64,000 nucleotides of DNA, from NCBI RefSeq assembly GCF_028641065.1, contig NC_073415.1, positions 8,804,001 through 8,868,000 of the forward strand. The letters are read 5' to 3'. The notes under the pieces were generated by a model. The model was not told the origin of the DNA and did no database searches. It saw only the letters and a program-made list of their open reading frames with translations. The translations under genes were made by a program, and so were the position numbers. Shown here one piece after another: positions 43,928-57,300 of the stretch (its first letter is position 1; every line of letters begins with the position of its first letter). The DNA comes from Leucoraja erinacea. Its lineage: Eukaryota.

Positions 43928-46900
43928 CTTTTGGCTGATAGTGGATCCTTTGAATTTGCCATTTTTTTTATTCCCTCCACAGTTTTCTCCTCGGCAGGTA
44001 AACTGATCAGCCCACGGAACTGCCTCTTGGATTTCTGACACCCTCCTTCACACAGTGTGTGTGTGTGTGAGCCACATTACCTGGATTCACAACTCATTCT
44101 TACTCGAGTGTCGGCATGTACCCTATCAGCACACAGACTGTCCTCACTACAGCACTCCTTTGCCTCTTTAAGTTACCCCACGACGTTCTGTTTCAACATT
44201 ACATTGGGAGAACTGTGACCTGAATGTTTTGTGTGAATGTCAAACCACATCTTCATTTTGGGAAACGGAAAGGCAAAACATTTCTCTACGGAATGGTTAC
44301 AATTTATCTATTTTGCGTCGTACATTTATTTATAAAATAGTAGGCTAAGAGGCCTACCATGAACAAAGGAACGAATGTTAAACTTTTTAAAGAAATAGTT
44401 TAGTTTATTATCAAATCCACACAAGCAGTCCGATGCAGTGCAGTGACATTTTTAAATTTCTAACGCTCCACCCGTTCTTTTTTGATAATATTTTACTTTG
44501 GGTGTTAATAGGGTTCTGTTGCCTTTTACCTGGAGGTTCTGGTTCACATTTATCTTGGTGATGAGTTGAAAGTCTAAGCTTGTCCAGGGATGTGTTCTTT
44601 CCTGTAGCCTGCATTCAAACTGGGCCTTGCCTCTAATTCGACACAAACTAGCATTAAAATCTCATTCGGGCCACTGGATGTTGGTGTGGCCAATGTAGAA
44701 GGCCAGTGACCGAAGCGTGGTTCTTGTTCAAGGTATCATTGGAATAGAACAGGAGTTTCACAATACTTTCTTGCACTTGAACTACCTGGAGCCGGCGAAT
44801 TTCAGATCGCGTGGATTCCGAGGGTTGGTCTGCTCCCTGTGTCACCCACAGCACCATCTGTACTTTTAAATTGTTACTGTTATCTGTCAATGCTAACTAC
44901 AGACCTTGAAACATCACTACTGATCCTAATGACTCTAAAAGTGTTGTCTTAGATGATTTATTGATCTAACAGGTAAGAGCAGTCTGATTCCATATTTAGT
45001 TGTACTATTTATTCTGTATGTTCCAATTTCTGTATTTGCTCGTTACTTTGCTGTAATAAGCCTTCCCTCTGAAGCTTAGCTGTGTGCATTTACTTCTGTC
45101 TGTTAAATCCATCTTTCTGCCCTCCCCACAATGGTTGAAATAAGAGTTTGTAGTAACGTCTTTAGGATCAATTTCACGACTGAGGCAGTGGAGAGTTGTT
45201 GACAAGCAGGTGAAGATCAGTTAATGGTCTGTGCAGTGGAGACTTTGGCATTCAGCATCTTGTTTTGTGATGAGTGCTGTGCATTCTCTCCATCACCACC
45301 ATATTGTGTGAACAGCCAAGTTTGACAGTGTTTAGTAGAAGAGGGTTTATCGTAATGTCACTGTTTACTGGTGTGGGTTTGGGTCATAAAACCTGCTGAC
45401 TACTACGTTGCAGAGCTCAGGACCATTCTCATAGTGGGCCATCATGTCTCCTCAGTGGTGACCCTTTGTTTCATGTTAACAAATATCTGTTTCAAGGGTA
45501 GAGAAGGCAGCTGTTTGCGCAGTATTTTAAACTTGTATCAGATTTTTAGTAGAACCATTCTGCCTTGAATCTTATTTTGAAAATGTTTTGCCATAACAAA
45601 GATGAACTGAGCTAAACGAGGTAAGGGGAGTGGGGGTGGCAGAGGGACATTGATCTTTCTGTGATACAGTTTGCACCTTTCACTGTGGTGAGGCATGAGG
45701 CACTGTACGATTCACTGACAGTTTTTCTGCACTTAACTTCAGGGAATTAATCAAGCTGCAGAACTGTCAGGAGGGGTGAAGGACTCTCGATCGGTTCTGT
45801 TTAAGCAACTGGCCATCTTTCTTCCGAAATGGCAGCATGTTAAAGATATCGTCGTTGGCAAGCTGGTGAGCCAATGATATCATTAACGTGCAGTCATTTC
45901 ATTAGCCAGATCCAGTCAGGGGGAGGCTCAGGGGGGTCGGGGTCAGGTTGCTGCTGTAGGGGACACCCGTGAGACATGCACATGAGTACAAACTCATGGC
46001 TGCAATGGTTTACACTCTGGTATTAATATGGGACATTTATACTCCGATAACTAGATATAAAATATAGCTGCATCTTCTGTTTAGATCAGGTTGATTATCG
46101 CTAAAAAAGATTTTTCTTATTATCTATCCCGTTGCCCAATCATCATTTTATGTTTAAACTCCATTTCCTGTCTCCTTCACCCTTCCTCACTCTTGTGGCT
46201 TCCTGTTCAAGTGGCTCCTAATTAGCCCTACTATTCAGAGAAGAGTTCTGCATCCTGGCTGCCATTCTCCCCTCATTAAAGATTGAGTATCTCTTGCTAC
46301 TTGTGGCACCTCATACCCAAGGTCCTGCCATATTTACCCATGTAACTACAGTCATTAACACAGTGGAATTCACTGAACCAAAAATACATTCCTTTGTGAG
46401 AAATGCTGCTGGATAAATGCAGGTTATTTTACCGAAGTGTGCAGTTGAACATCCCGCAGCAGGAGTGTTCTCCAGTACTGGTTCCTCCCGGTATATTCTG
46501 AATGTTCTTTTAATACTGGAGTCAACCCGTATTCTGGTGTCTTTCCCACTGTGTGCAGACTGACTGATAAACCATTCTGAGTGTATTTTTTACCACACTT
46601 GAATTTGCAGGTAGTGATTCCCTATTCAGGACACACAAGGAAGATTTTCTGCAGTGGTTAGTGCTGTGACTGTTGGCTGGAAGAGTTGGAGAGCTTGTGC
46701 AAGAGCCATTTGTAAATGGGTGCTAGAAAGAGCAGAGTGAGGGATGCAGGGGGCATCCTTGTAGAGTTTAGTTTTTTTGTAACTCCTATTCCTGTGTCAA
46801 AAGTCCCTCCCCATGATTAATTTTTATTTGTGGTTGCTCTTTGCTCCTTGCCTACGTCTTCCAACCTCTGATTGCTTCTTGCTGGGTTGTTCCTCTGCCC

Positions 46901-48431
46901 CTTCCCTCTGTTCTCCCAACGGAAGGTGTGAATCATAGTATATTTGGTGTGAATTGCATTGCTGAGTGCTGACAGACTGTTTAACTGTGGCGGACATTAG
47001 GAACTTGCACTTCAGGCAAGGGTCGCTGATCGGTGACTGTAATCTAGGGCCATTTTACTGCACTCCCCAGATGATCCTGTACCACTGTCCATAGGCAGTA
47101 CAATACAGACTAGCCCAGGTATTGAAGCAATTACCTTCCTAGCTCAGCCTGTATTCTTTAAGCCATTTTGTTGAACTCTTGCACGATTCTGCGATTGAGT
47201 CATGATGTGATAATTGAATCTTTAATATACAGGGTTGGTTAAACGTGTGTGTGTGTGTGTGTGTGTCTCATCTCATCTCAGTTTGACTTCCACGTTTCAT
47301 GCAAATTTAATGCTGCTAGAATTTGGAAAAAATCATGTGCATAGTTTTTTTGCTCTATTTATAGACATGAAATGAAGAATTATATTACTGTGAGAGTGGA
47401 TGGAAGTTACAATCCATCTGCTTCAACCAGCAAAACAGCCCTTGCTTTGTCTGAGAGCAAATTGATTTTATCACTGTCGATGTTTCAATGGTATTTGTAT
47501 TCTGCTTGTCATTCCTGAAGCTACTGTGCATGCACTACTGAAAACTGTTCCAGCTGTGCGGATTTAGTAAGGCCTGGCTGCAACAGTGTCCATATGATAG
47601 TGTTCAAATTACTTTCTAGCTGCCTTAACAGCACTGTCATGAATGGTACCGATCCATGAATGATCTGGAAAATCCCAGGAACCATTTGCTTAAAGCTTAG
47701 GAACTTCTGAGAAAGGAGAAAGTAACTGGTTTTCATTCCTACTTGCCCCCCTGGAACTTGTCCATAAATATCAGATGCGAACCAGCCTCTTTATCTCACA
47801 GGTGAGATTCTTGAGCATGCCTGGCGCTCGAATTGCATCCCAGTAAAACTCCGCGTCATCACAAGCTGATCTAGCGGCCTGGGGTTTGGTTGTGTGGCTG
47901 AGATGGGTGCAGACTCCTTCACACTTCCTCTTCTGTTGCTGTCTATCTGTGTACAGATAGTCCAGCTTCTAACAGAATTAACGCAGGCCTTCCTAAAGCG
48001 CACAGTGCCATACGATAATGCAGTACTCATAAACCAAGCAGTCTCCTTGTATTTTGTGTGAAAAGTTCTTGGATAACACTAGGAAGTTTTAATCCTTTGA
48101 GAATCTTTATTTTTTGACAGAGCAGACTGGAGAGAACTTCCTCCTTCTGGGTTTCGGACATCTTGAGACATATTGGGAACTTAGATCACACTTTAATTTA
48201 AAGTGGGTCAATGTTACCAACACCCTCCCCTTTGAGGGCACAAAAAATTGGGCTCACAGTGTCCGTCTGTTTAAAAACATTTGCATCGCAAGAGAACTGT
48301 GCAGGAAAGTGTGAAAGTCTCCATCCCAATTCTCAATCTGCGTTTACCATGCATCAAAGGATTAAAGCAAAAGCTTTCTAATTTATTTTGGATTAGAATG
48401 AAACTGAATTTAAAGCTACCTGGCAGTTATA

Positions 48432-48437
48432 AATAAA
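48432..48437 (+). terminator. Candidate distal ATG4D polyadenylation signal
   Basis: AATAAA at the end of a ~4.5-kb stretch lacking recognisable repeats; an ATTAAA at 44653 is an alternative. Confidence 0.35.
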
Positions 48438-50345
48438 TGGAATCATCCACATTTGACAATCGTTATTCTCCAGCTTTTGGTGTTTTATTTAAACAGGTCT
48501 GACTCAAAATCTAAGGTAAGAAGTTAGTACAAACTTGAAGATATAAAAACACATGATGTTTGTGAATGAGCATGAAATAATATTATAACTCCAAGACAGG
48601 AGAATAAGAATCGTGCTTAAGGTTATTAAGGACTATTGTAGAGTGAATAAAATATTTCTATACATGTACATAGCAATCAATGATAGGAATTGTTTAGCTT
48701 TGAGGATGATTTTGGCCAGGATCCTTGAGTCATTCAATAGCTGGAGGTGTTTAAAGAGAGAGAGTCAGATGAGGTGAAACTAGTACGGGTGTCAGGGGTT
48801 ATCGGGAGAAGGCAGGAGAATGGGGTTAAGAGAGGAAAATAGATGAGCCAGGATCGAATGGCGGAGCAGACTCGATGGGTCGAATAGCCTAATTCTGCTC
48901 CTATTTTTTATGAATTTATGGTTAACAATGTGTAACGGGGACATTTTAATTATATTTCTGCATAAAAAAATAAGTTACTTTGAAAGGCTTTTTTCTTGGC
49001 TATATCCTGATAATTCGTGGATGGTGGTGTCACCAAATGTTATGTACCAGCCCAGCCATTTCTCCAAAGAACTCTTTACAGCAGAGATCATTAGTGAGAA
49101 AGAAAACAAAAATCTGGAGATACTGAAACAAATCAGAACATTGGAAATGCCCGGCATATCAGGCAGCTTTCCTCTAAAGCGAAACGGCATTAAGGTCTCG
49201 GGTCAAAGATGTCAGCAACGGGACAGTGAAAACAAAAGTTGGGTGAGAAGGTTATGGAACGAGCTGTCAGAGGAGGTAGTTCAGGCAGGGACAATCCCAA
49301 CGTTTAAGAAGCAAGTAGACAGGTACATGGATAGGACAGGTTTGGAGGGATATGGGCCAAACGCAGGTAGGTGGGACTAGTGTAGCTGGGACATGTTGGC
49401 CATTGTGGGCAAGTTGGGCCGAAGGGCCTATTTCCAACCTGTGTGACTCTAAGGTGTTGGAGAAATAAATGGTGCAGCATCTCTTCGCAGATCTGTTAAA
49501 TGTTCCCAACGTTTCCACTCTAAGTACCCTGGTTGATCTGTATGTCCGTGTATCCTGTTTGCAGATTTTAAAACTGTGGGGAATGTCTCCTTGCCGCTTA
49601 TTTCTTGTAACACTCCGTCCGAGCACTATACTTCAGAAGGACGAGCTTTGGGATATCCTGAAAGGCATTATAAAAGTTGCAATTCCGACAGGCATCTAGG
49701 CCACTTCAGCATCAAACAGCTTTGCTTTTACAAGGCTGCCGCAGTAGGAGTGGAGCGGCATTATTCCAGTGCTCTCTTTGCTTTTGGAATGTGGGGTTGA
49801 TTGCTTCCTGATGTACAAGTCGTCAGGATCAGAATCATCAAATTTGGGTATGTATTTCTAAATCACCGCTACAAATGTTACGTGTACGATACAATCTTTC
49901 CCCTCACCAATTTTTTTATTTTTTATTTTAACCACTTTGTGTTTTGACTTTTGACTGGTTCAACAGACCATATAAATGGAGTCATTGAAGGTATAGCCAA
50001 TTGTTCATCAAAACCAAAATAGCAGCAACCTTGGGGATGAATGCACTGCTTGCTAATTTACAGCTTCATTCAAGGCCTTTCGGAAACTCAGCTGACCAGC
50101 GGGGGCGGGGGAAGAAAAGCTCACAATGATTGGTCTCGCTGTTAGCTTTTTTTCTGCCGTGTGCAACTGCAGAAGGAGATTTATTGTGCATTTAATCCCT
50201 ACTGTTCCTGTCATGGAAGTGATTAATGGGCTACTGCAGAGGGAGCTTTAGTCTTGTTGAAGTGAACAATGGGGCTGGATTTTTCTGCTTCAGGAGGAAA
50301 TGTATATTGCTGCTCTGATCTGCTTACTTGTGCCTCCTGCTGGTA

Positions 50346-50996
50346 GGTTTAGTGTAGTTTTGTTTAGAGATACAGCACGGAAAGAACCCCTTCGGACCAC
50401 CGAACCCACTAGCGATCCCTGTACTAAAAGCACTATCCTACACGCTAGTTTAGAAGGATGAGGGGGAACTTATAGAAACATATAAAATGATCAAAGGACT
50501 AGACAATGGAAAAATGGTCCCAATGCTGGTCGAGTCCAGAACCAGGGGCCACAGTCTTCGAATAAAGGGGAGGCCATTTAAAACTGAGGTGAGAAAAAAC
50601 TTTTTCACCCAGAGATTTGTGAATTTATGAAATTCCCTGCCACAGAGGGCAGTGGAGGCCAAGTCACTGGATGGATTTAAGAGAGAGTTAGATAGAGCTC
50701 TAGGGGCTAGTGAAGGGATATGGGGAGAAGGCAGGCACGGGTTATTGATGGGGGACGATCAGCCATGATCACAATGAATGGCGGTGCTGGTTCGAAGGGT
50801 CGAATGGCCTCCTCCTGCACCTATTCTCTATGTTTTGGAGTGTGGGAGGAAACTGGAGCACCTGGAGGAAACCCACAAGATCACAGGGTGAACATACAAA
50901 CGGTCCGTACAGACAGCACCCGTAGTCAGGATGGAACCTGGGCCTCTGGCGCTGTAAGGCAGCAACTCTACCGCTGCGCCACCATGCTGTCCCGCA
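50346..50996 (-). mobile_element. HE1-like V-SINE (-) interrupted by a CR1 3' fragment (+, ~50448-50828)
   Basis: The SINE tail at 50346-50447 and head at 50829-50996 flank a CR1 ORF2 C-terminus and 3' UTR. Confidence 0.75.
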
Positions 50997-51342
50997 TGGT
51001 TAAACATTGGTGCCCATGGTTCAATAGCTTCTAACTTTTGACAATCTTGGTGAGACATCTGGAGTCGAGGAGTAATTGGAAGTTGACTTCAAAGTTCTTC
51101 CATCTTTGCTGTGTTTTGCAGTGATCCTATGCATAGAGACCCTTACCAGAGTGCACTTCTACCTCCTGAGGCATGAGAGTGCTTTGCCAGCTCTCTAATA
51201 ACCAGCTGCTGTTGCGTTTGTGTATATTCACTTTATTGAGCATCTGGCTGCTGGTATAATGTTGACTATGATGTTGTTTGGGCAGTTGGTCGAAGATGAT
51301 GGAATTATGGGCAGCAGCCGTCAAAAGCTTATATGAACTCTT

Positions 51343-54300
51343 TTACCATGTATCAGTCTGTAAACAGAAAGGAAAGACGCAGTCAGTCATGAATGCTATT
51401 AAAATGATGCAGTGAATCGACGGAATCCGCACCCTCCATGCAAGAGCAGCCCATCACCTGCATAAGTGGGGGATGACAGACAGCCCTGCGGACATCCAGA
51501 CCACACATCATGAATGACTGCCCACTGAGGCTTTTCCCCGGGGGCATCAAAGCCATTCACCCAGTAACTGATGCTGTCCTGGCCTGGATGACTACTTGAT
51601 CTACAACTTTAGGCTGTGCACGCCATACGCAAGAAGAAGTGAATTGGTCTAGGAGAAAAAGTGGTATTTCTTCCTTTAATCTCTTGGACAAATGCATGCT
51701 GAAATGTATGGATAGATTGTACAGCACTAAGATAATAACTATAGAACTGTTTTGACTTGAGCTTTTTGTAGGAGTATCTTAGAAATCTGGAGGACAATGG
51801 CGAGCCATTCACCTCATGTCCATGCCACTTATAATCTCATTAATCTCACATCCCATCTGCTCATCTCCTCAACACAGTTGTGCTACATCACGTAGATACT
51901 TGAAAAATGTTATCAGGGGTGTTTGCTTCCATCTTCAATTTTCAGGCAATCGCTTCTGACTCCCCTCCACTTCCTGGGTGTAAACTTTTAGCAAAGTCCC
52001 CTTGTCATCATGCTACAAATGACCATAAATCTATTCCCCCATTGTATTGACCTCTCAGGTGAGGGGACAGTTTTCCTTATTTTTTTCGTGTTCAACTTGA
52101 ATGATCCAAAATCAACTCATTTGAAATGTACAATGACACAGTCCAATCTTTTTGGTTTGGGAGAGGCAGAGGAAGAAATTCTTGGGAGAGGAACAAACGG
52201 CAATAAGCAATTGTACTTGTTATTCCTCTCTGATTTCCAACTAGATTTGTGACTTGCTTTACTAACCTAATGGGCATTATTTTAATTGCAGGCTTATATG
52301 GAGCTGGTATTGAAGTGGCCCATAAGATGTCTTGCTTGTTTATTAATTTCACCCAGTTGCTATTCTTGTCAGGAAATCCAGCTGATGAACCAAAGGAGAT
52401 GATGGATCTACGCTGCAGAGTCACGGTAAGGTTTATATTTCTAATCAGTTGGCATTTGTTGCAGAGTTGGTTGCGACATTTTGACATTGTGAAAGATGCT
52501 ATAGAAATGCAAGCCTTTCTTTCTTTGAACTCTGGTGCAAATGCTGGTTTAGTGATCTAACTCCCATCTGAGTTTGAAGGATCAAGCCCCATTTACATTT
52601 TACAGTTTAGTTGATTGTCACGTCCCGAGGTGCAGTGAAAAGGAACTGTAGATGCGGGTTTTCAAAATAAAGACACATAGTTCTGGAGTAACACAGCAGG
52701 TCAGGCAGGAGAACATGGATAGGTGATGTTTCAGATCCATCTGAAGAAGAGTCCGAACCCGAAACGTCACACATCCATGTTCTCAAGAGATGCTGCCTGA
52801 CCCACTGAGTTACGCCAGCGCACTGTAACCTTACTTGGAGGACTAGGGGGTAGGTTTTGCCCACAATTAATCCAGTAAATATAAGGGGGTGCAGAGTCAA
52901 AAAGGCTAGGGTGGAGTTTAACATGCTCAGGAAGATCTGGAGCTCAAAACACATCTCAATCGACACCAAAATACGCATCTTTAACTCGCATGTGAAACGG
53001 GTGATGCTGTATGGATCGGAGACATAGAAAACAACAAAACACACTACAGACAAGCTGCAAACATTCACCAACACCTGCCTTAGGAGAATACTTAACATCT
53101 GGTGGGGAGACAAAAGGGCCTGTCCCACCTGGGCATCATTTGCATGTCACGCAGATGGCGGGCAAAGATTTTGTACATCCCAAAATCCTGGGGTGCTGGG
53201 CGCGACCGCGCGTCACTGCCTACATCACCACGCACTATGCGCGTGTCGTGACCCGTAAATGATGTCGTGTAAATGACGCCCAAGTGAGACAGGCCCTGAC
53301 GTAAGCAATGTGGACCTGTGGAAAAGAACAAGCCAGGAGCCCATTGACTTACAAATTCGAAGGAGAAAATGGAGTTGGATTGGACACATCCACAGGAAAC
53401 TTGCTACAAACATCACCCGGCAAGCCCGGAAATGGAACCCCCAAGGGAAAAGGAAAAGTGGTCGCCCCAGGAACAGCTGGAAAAGAGGTGCCCAGACAGA
53501 AATGTCTGAGAGTGGGCGCAACTGGGGAAATCTCGAATGAACTGCCAACAACCAAGTGAGGTGTAGGACATTTGTCAATGGCCTCTGCTCCTTAGAGGAG
53601 CAAAGGCCTTAAGAAGAGGAAGACAATACGACGGGGAGCAGTTGGGAATTCACGAGCATTCAACTCACCTCAGAATCTGAAGTATTGCACATTTGTTTCA
53701 CCATCAACTCTTTCCTTGTGTTATCAATACATCTACCTGTTAAAGAGAAGTCCTGTTTTATTAGCACACTTTTTCTTGATATATTTGTATTGCGCAGAAA
53801 AGGTCGATTTAGTTCTGACTGCAACCAAATGTTGGAAAAACCATTGGGGAAGAGGTCACTATCATGCTGCAACTTGCACATATTTAAAATGGGGAGGCTC
53901 TTTCGGTAAAATGTTAGGCTTGGTTGGGCTTAGTTCAGCAGGTATACAACACCTAGGTTTGAGCTGTGGACCTTCTGGTCCATGGGTGGGTTTTCTCCAG
54001 GTGCTCTGGTTTCCTCCCACAGTCCAAAGATGTGCTGGTTGAAGGTTAACTGGCTTTGGTTGTAAATTGTCCCTTGTGTGTAGGGTAGTGGTTGTGTACG
54101 GGGATCGCTGGTCGGCACAGTCCCGGTGGGCCGAAAGGCCTGTGTCCGCTCTGTATCTCTGTATAAACTAAACCAATGAAGCGAATGGCCTAAAACGATC
54201 AGGGAGCACATATTCACAACATGAAGATTACCAACATGTACCCATGAATGGATTGTGGATGTGATTTGAGTTTTGTGCTCTGCTTTCCTTTTCAAGCGAG

Positions 54301-57300
54301 ATAAATTATTTTTAACTATGATTTTATTTAAATTATTTTTTTAAAGTAAGGTCATAAAGTCATTGACTGAGTGAAGTCTGGAGACTGACCTCTCTTAATC
54401 TTGGCTACGGTCGTGTTTCCTTTGCTGGAATAGCACAGGTTCTGAATCTGCTCCTGCATGTCGACCATTGCCAACCTACATTGAAATACAAGTGGGCAAC
54501 ATTAAAGGTTAAGAGACCAGATAGAGGTCACTCTACTATACCCCTTCTCATCAATCTTTACCCTACACTTTGGTTCCAAGTTTCCCTGCTCCTGAAGGTG
54601 CTATCTATGGCCTGTCCTCACTAAGTGTTTGTCCCTGGGTAAAACGATCCATTTCCCAGTCAAGTTTAATTCCTCCTTCCCAGTCCACAGTGTCCGAGGA
54701 GGGCAAGGAAACTGGCGCATGTTCTCTCTTCTTAACCCTGTATTTATAGTGTTTCTTATTATATAGACACATCAGGATCAACATGGTTGATGCATTACCA
54801 CCAGGCAGTTCAATCTCATGCCATTTTGACAAAGGAATTGGGAAGAGACATTCATAACCATAAGACAGAGGGGCAGCATGATGCCATTCAGCTCGTCGAG
54901 TTTGTTCCACCATTCGATAATGGCTGATCTATTTTTCCCTCTTAAACCCCATTCTCCTGCCTTCTCCCTGTACCCTTTGATACCCTTACCAATCAAGAAC
55001 CTACCAATCTCTGCTTTAAAAATACCCAATGACCTGGCCTTCACTGCTGTCCTTGGCAATGAATTCCACAGATTCACCACCCTCTGGCTAAATACATTTC
55101 TCCTCATCTCCATTTGGAAGGTACATCCTTTTATTCCGAGGCTGTGCCCTCTGGTTCTGGACTGTCCCACTAGTAGAAGCATTCTCTCCACATCCACTCT
55201 ATCCAGGCCTTACATTGTTCCAATGAGGCTTCACTGAGATCCACCCTCATCCTTTTAAACTCCAGTGAGTACAGGCTCAGCCATCAAACGCTCCCCATAT
55301 GTTAGCCATGCGGTCTTTCGAGTCACCTCTGCCAGGCATAAAGATCCTGGTCTTTAGCATTTTCCTACCCACTCTTTCACATTAACTACATTTGAACCTG
55401 TTGTTCTGCCACATACTTAATGTCTTTTAGCTCCTGTTCAGGATCCAGTGACTGTATTTGTCTGCATCTTTGTATTAGTCTTTCTAGAATCTGGATGGGA
55501 ATAAAGAATTACAGGACATTATCTTCACAGTCTAATGTCACCTGTAAGAATAACACCATAGGTTAATGGCCAAATGCAGGCAAATAGAACCACCTCAGGA
55601 AGGCACCTTGGTGGTGTGGACTAGTTGGGTTGAAAGGCATGTTTCCATGCTGCGAGACTCATTAAGTCTAACTGGGATTTGGGATCATTTGGCTCCTTTA
55701 GGAACAGCTGATCAAGAAACAAAATAAAGAGTAGATTGAGTGTTCATCGTGTTGCTGTACCTGATTATATTTCTTTTGGTTCTGCCTGAGTATTTTGCAA
55801 TCTGTCAAACTACTTAACAGATCATCCTCTTGAATAGCTGCAACACAAAAGGAATAAAACTATTTATTTTCATTTTCATTTCAGAAGTCTTTAGCATTCA
55901 GTCCATCTAATTTCCCCGGTCTGGATCTATATATTTGTTGTTTCTCAACCCAATCAACATATACAACGAGGAAGAGGCAAAGGATACTCACTTAGCTTTC
56001 TGTTAATTTGCTCTATTTCTTTATGCAATGATTCGCATTCTTCCCATAGAAACTTTTTGCTGCAAGAGACAGAGAACTGGGTTAACTCACTTATTGTGAT
56101 ATCACAGAGAGTAACTTACAATTAACATGTGGATAAGATGCCCTCCTTTGTGTTTCCCCATCAGATTATTCTGGTGGACATTTTTCTCTTGAATACCTTT
56201 GGTCGAATTAGGACTAAACATCTAATTAGAACTGAGACGAGGAAACACTTTTTCTCACAGAGAGTGGTGAGTCTGTGGAATTCTCTGCCTCGGAGGGCGT
56301 TTGAGGCAGGTTCTCTGGATGCTTTCAAGAGAAAGCCAGATAGGGCTCTTAAAATAGCGCAGTCAGGGGATATGGGGAGAAGGCAGGAACGGGGTACTGA
56401 TTGGGGATGATCAGCCATGATCACATTGAATGGCGGTGCTAGCTCGAAGGGCCGAATGGCCTACTCCTGCACCTATTGTCTATAATTGTTATTTTGCTTG
56501 TAATTTCTCCAAATGGGTGCAGTCGGCTTGTCAGCTGGTGGGCTCCTTTGACAAGCTACCTGTTTGTTTAAAGTGAATTAATCGCCTGTCATTTCCTCTA
56601 TTGAGTAGCTACTGGTAGCATAGGTGGTGAGTGCAGGTATTGAGGGGGGTGGTTCTGGGACACAGGAACTAATTGTTGAACATTCCCAATGTGTGGGCCT
56701 AACTCAATGAAACACCAGTGAAGGAAGGTGCCCACTTGAAGAAGTGTCTCGACCCAAAGCGTCACCCATTCCTTCTCTCCAGAGATGCTGCCTGTCCCAC
56801 TGAGTTACTCCAGCTTTTTGTGTCTAACCCCAATGATATACTTGCATCGTTTTTTAAAATGTTCTTACTAACATGTAGATAGCTGATTATTGCATATGGA
56901 GTTAGTTATTGTCCTTAGCACAAGTGTGTATAATCAGTGCAAAAACTACTTGGGTTTTGGGCTTGGTTTTCTTGGTTGAGCGCTTATCTTGGTGTTGTAG
57001 CACAAATGCTTTGTGTTTCAATTGTAATTCACACCTCAGCATGTACGGGACAAGTTCTGAAACTAAAATCCAGAGCAAGAATAAGCCCCCTATCCGATCA
57101 TTATCTTGTATGGAAAGGAAATGACTTCTGCTCTGAAACTATCTGGAAAGGTCTGAATACAAATACCTGCAGAATCAAAGCTAGACTTCCTGGGTGGCTC
57201 TAATGTTACAGCATTGTCAGGTCACCACAAATCTGATTCTAATGTTGAGTGGGAGTTAATTAGATGTTGGCCTGTGCTTCACTCCAACTAAATGGTGCCA

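Noticed and set aside
48910-49380. 156-aa ORF
   Set aside because: Its C-terminal third is a CR1 fragment; a chance read-through.
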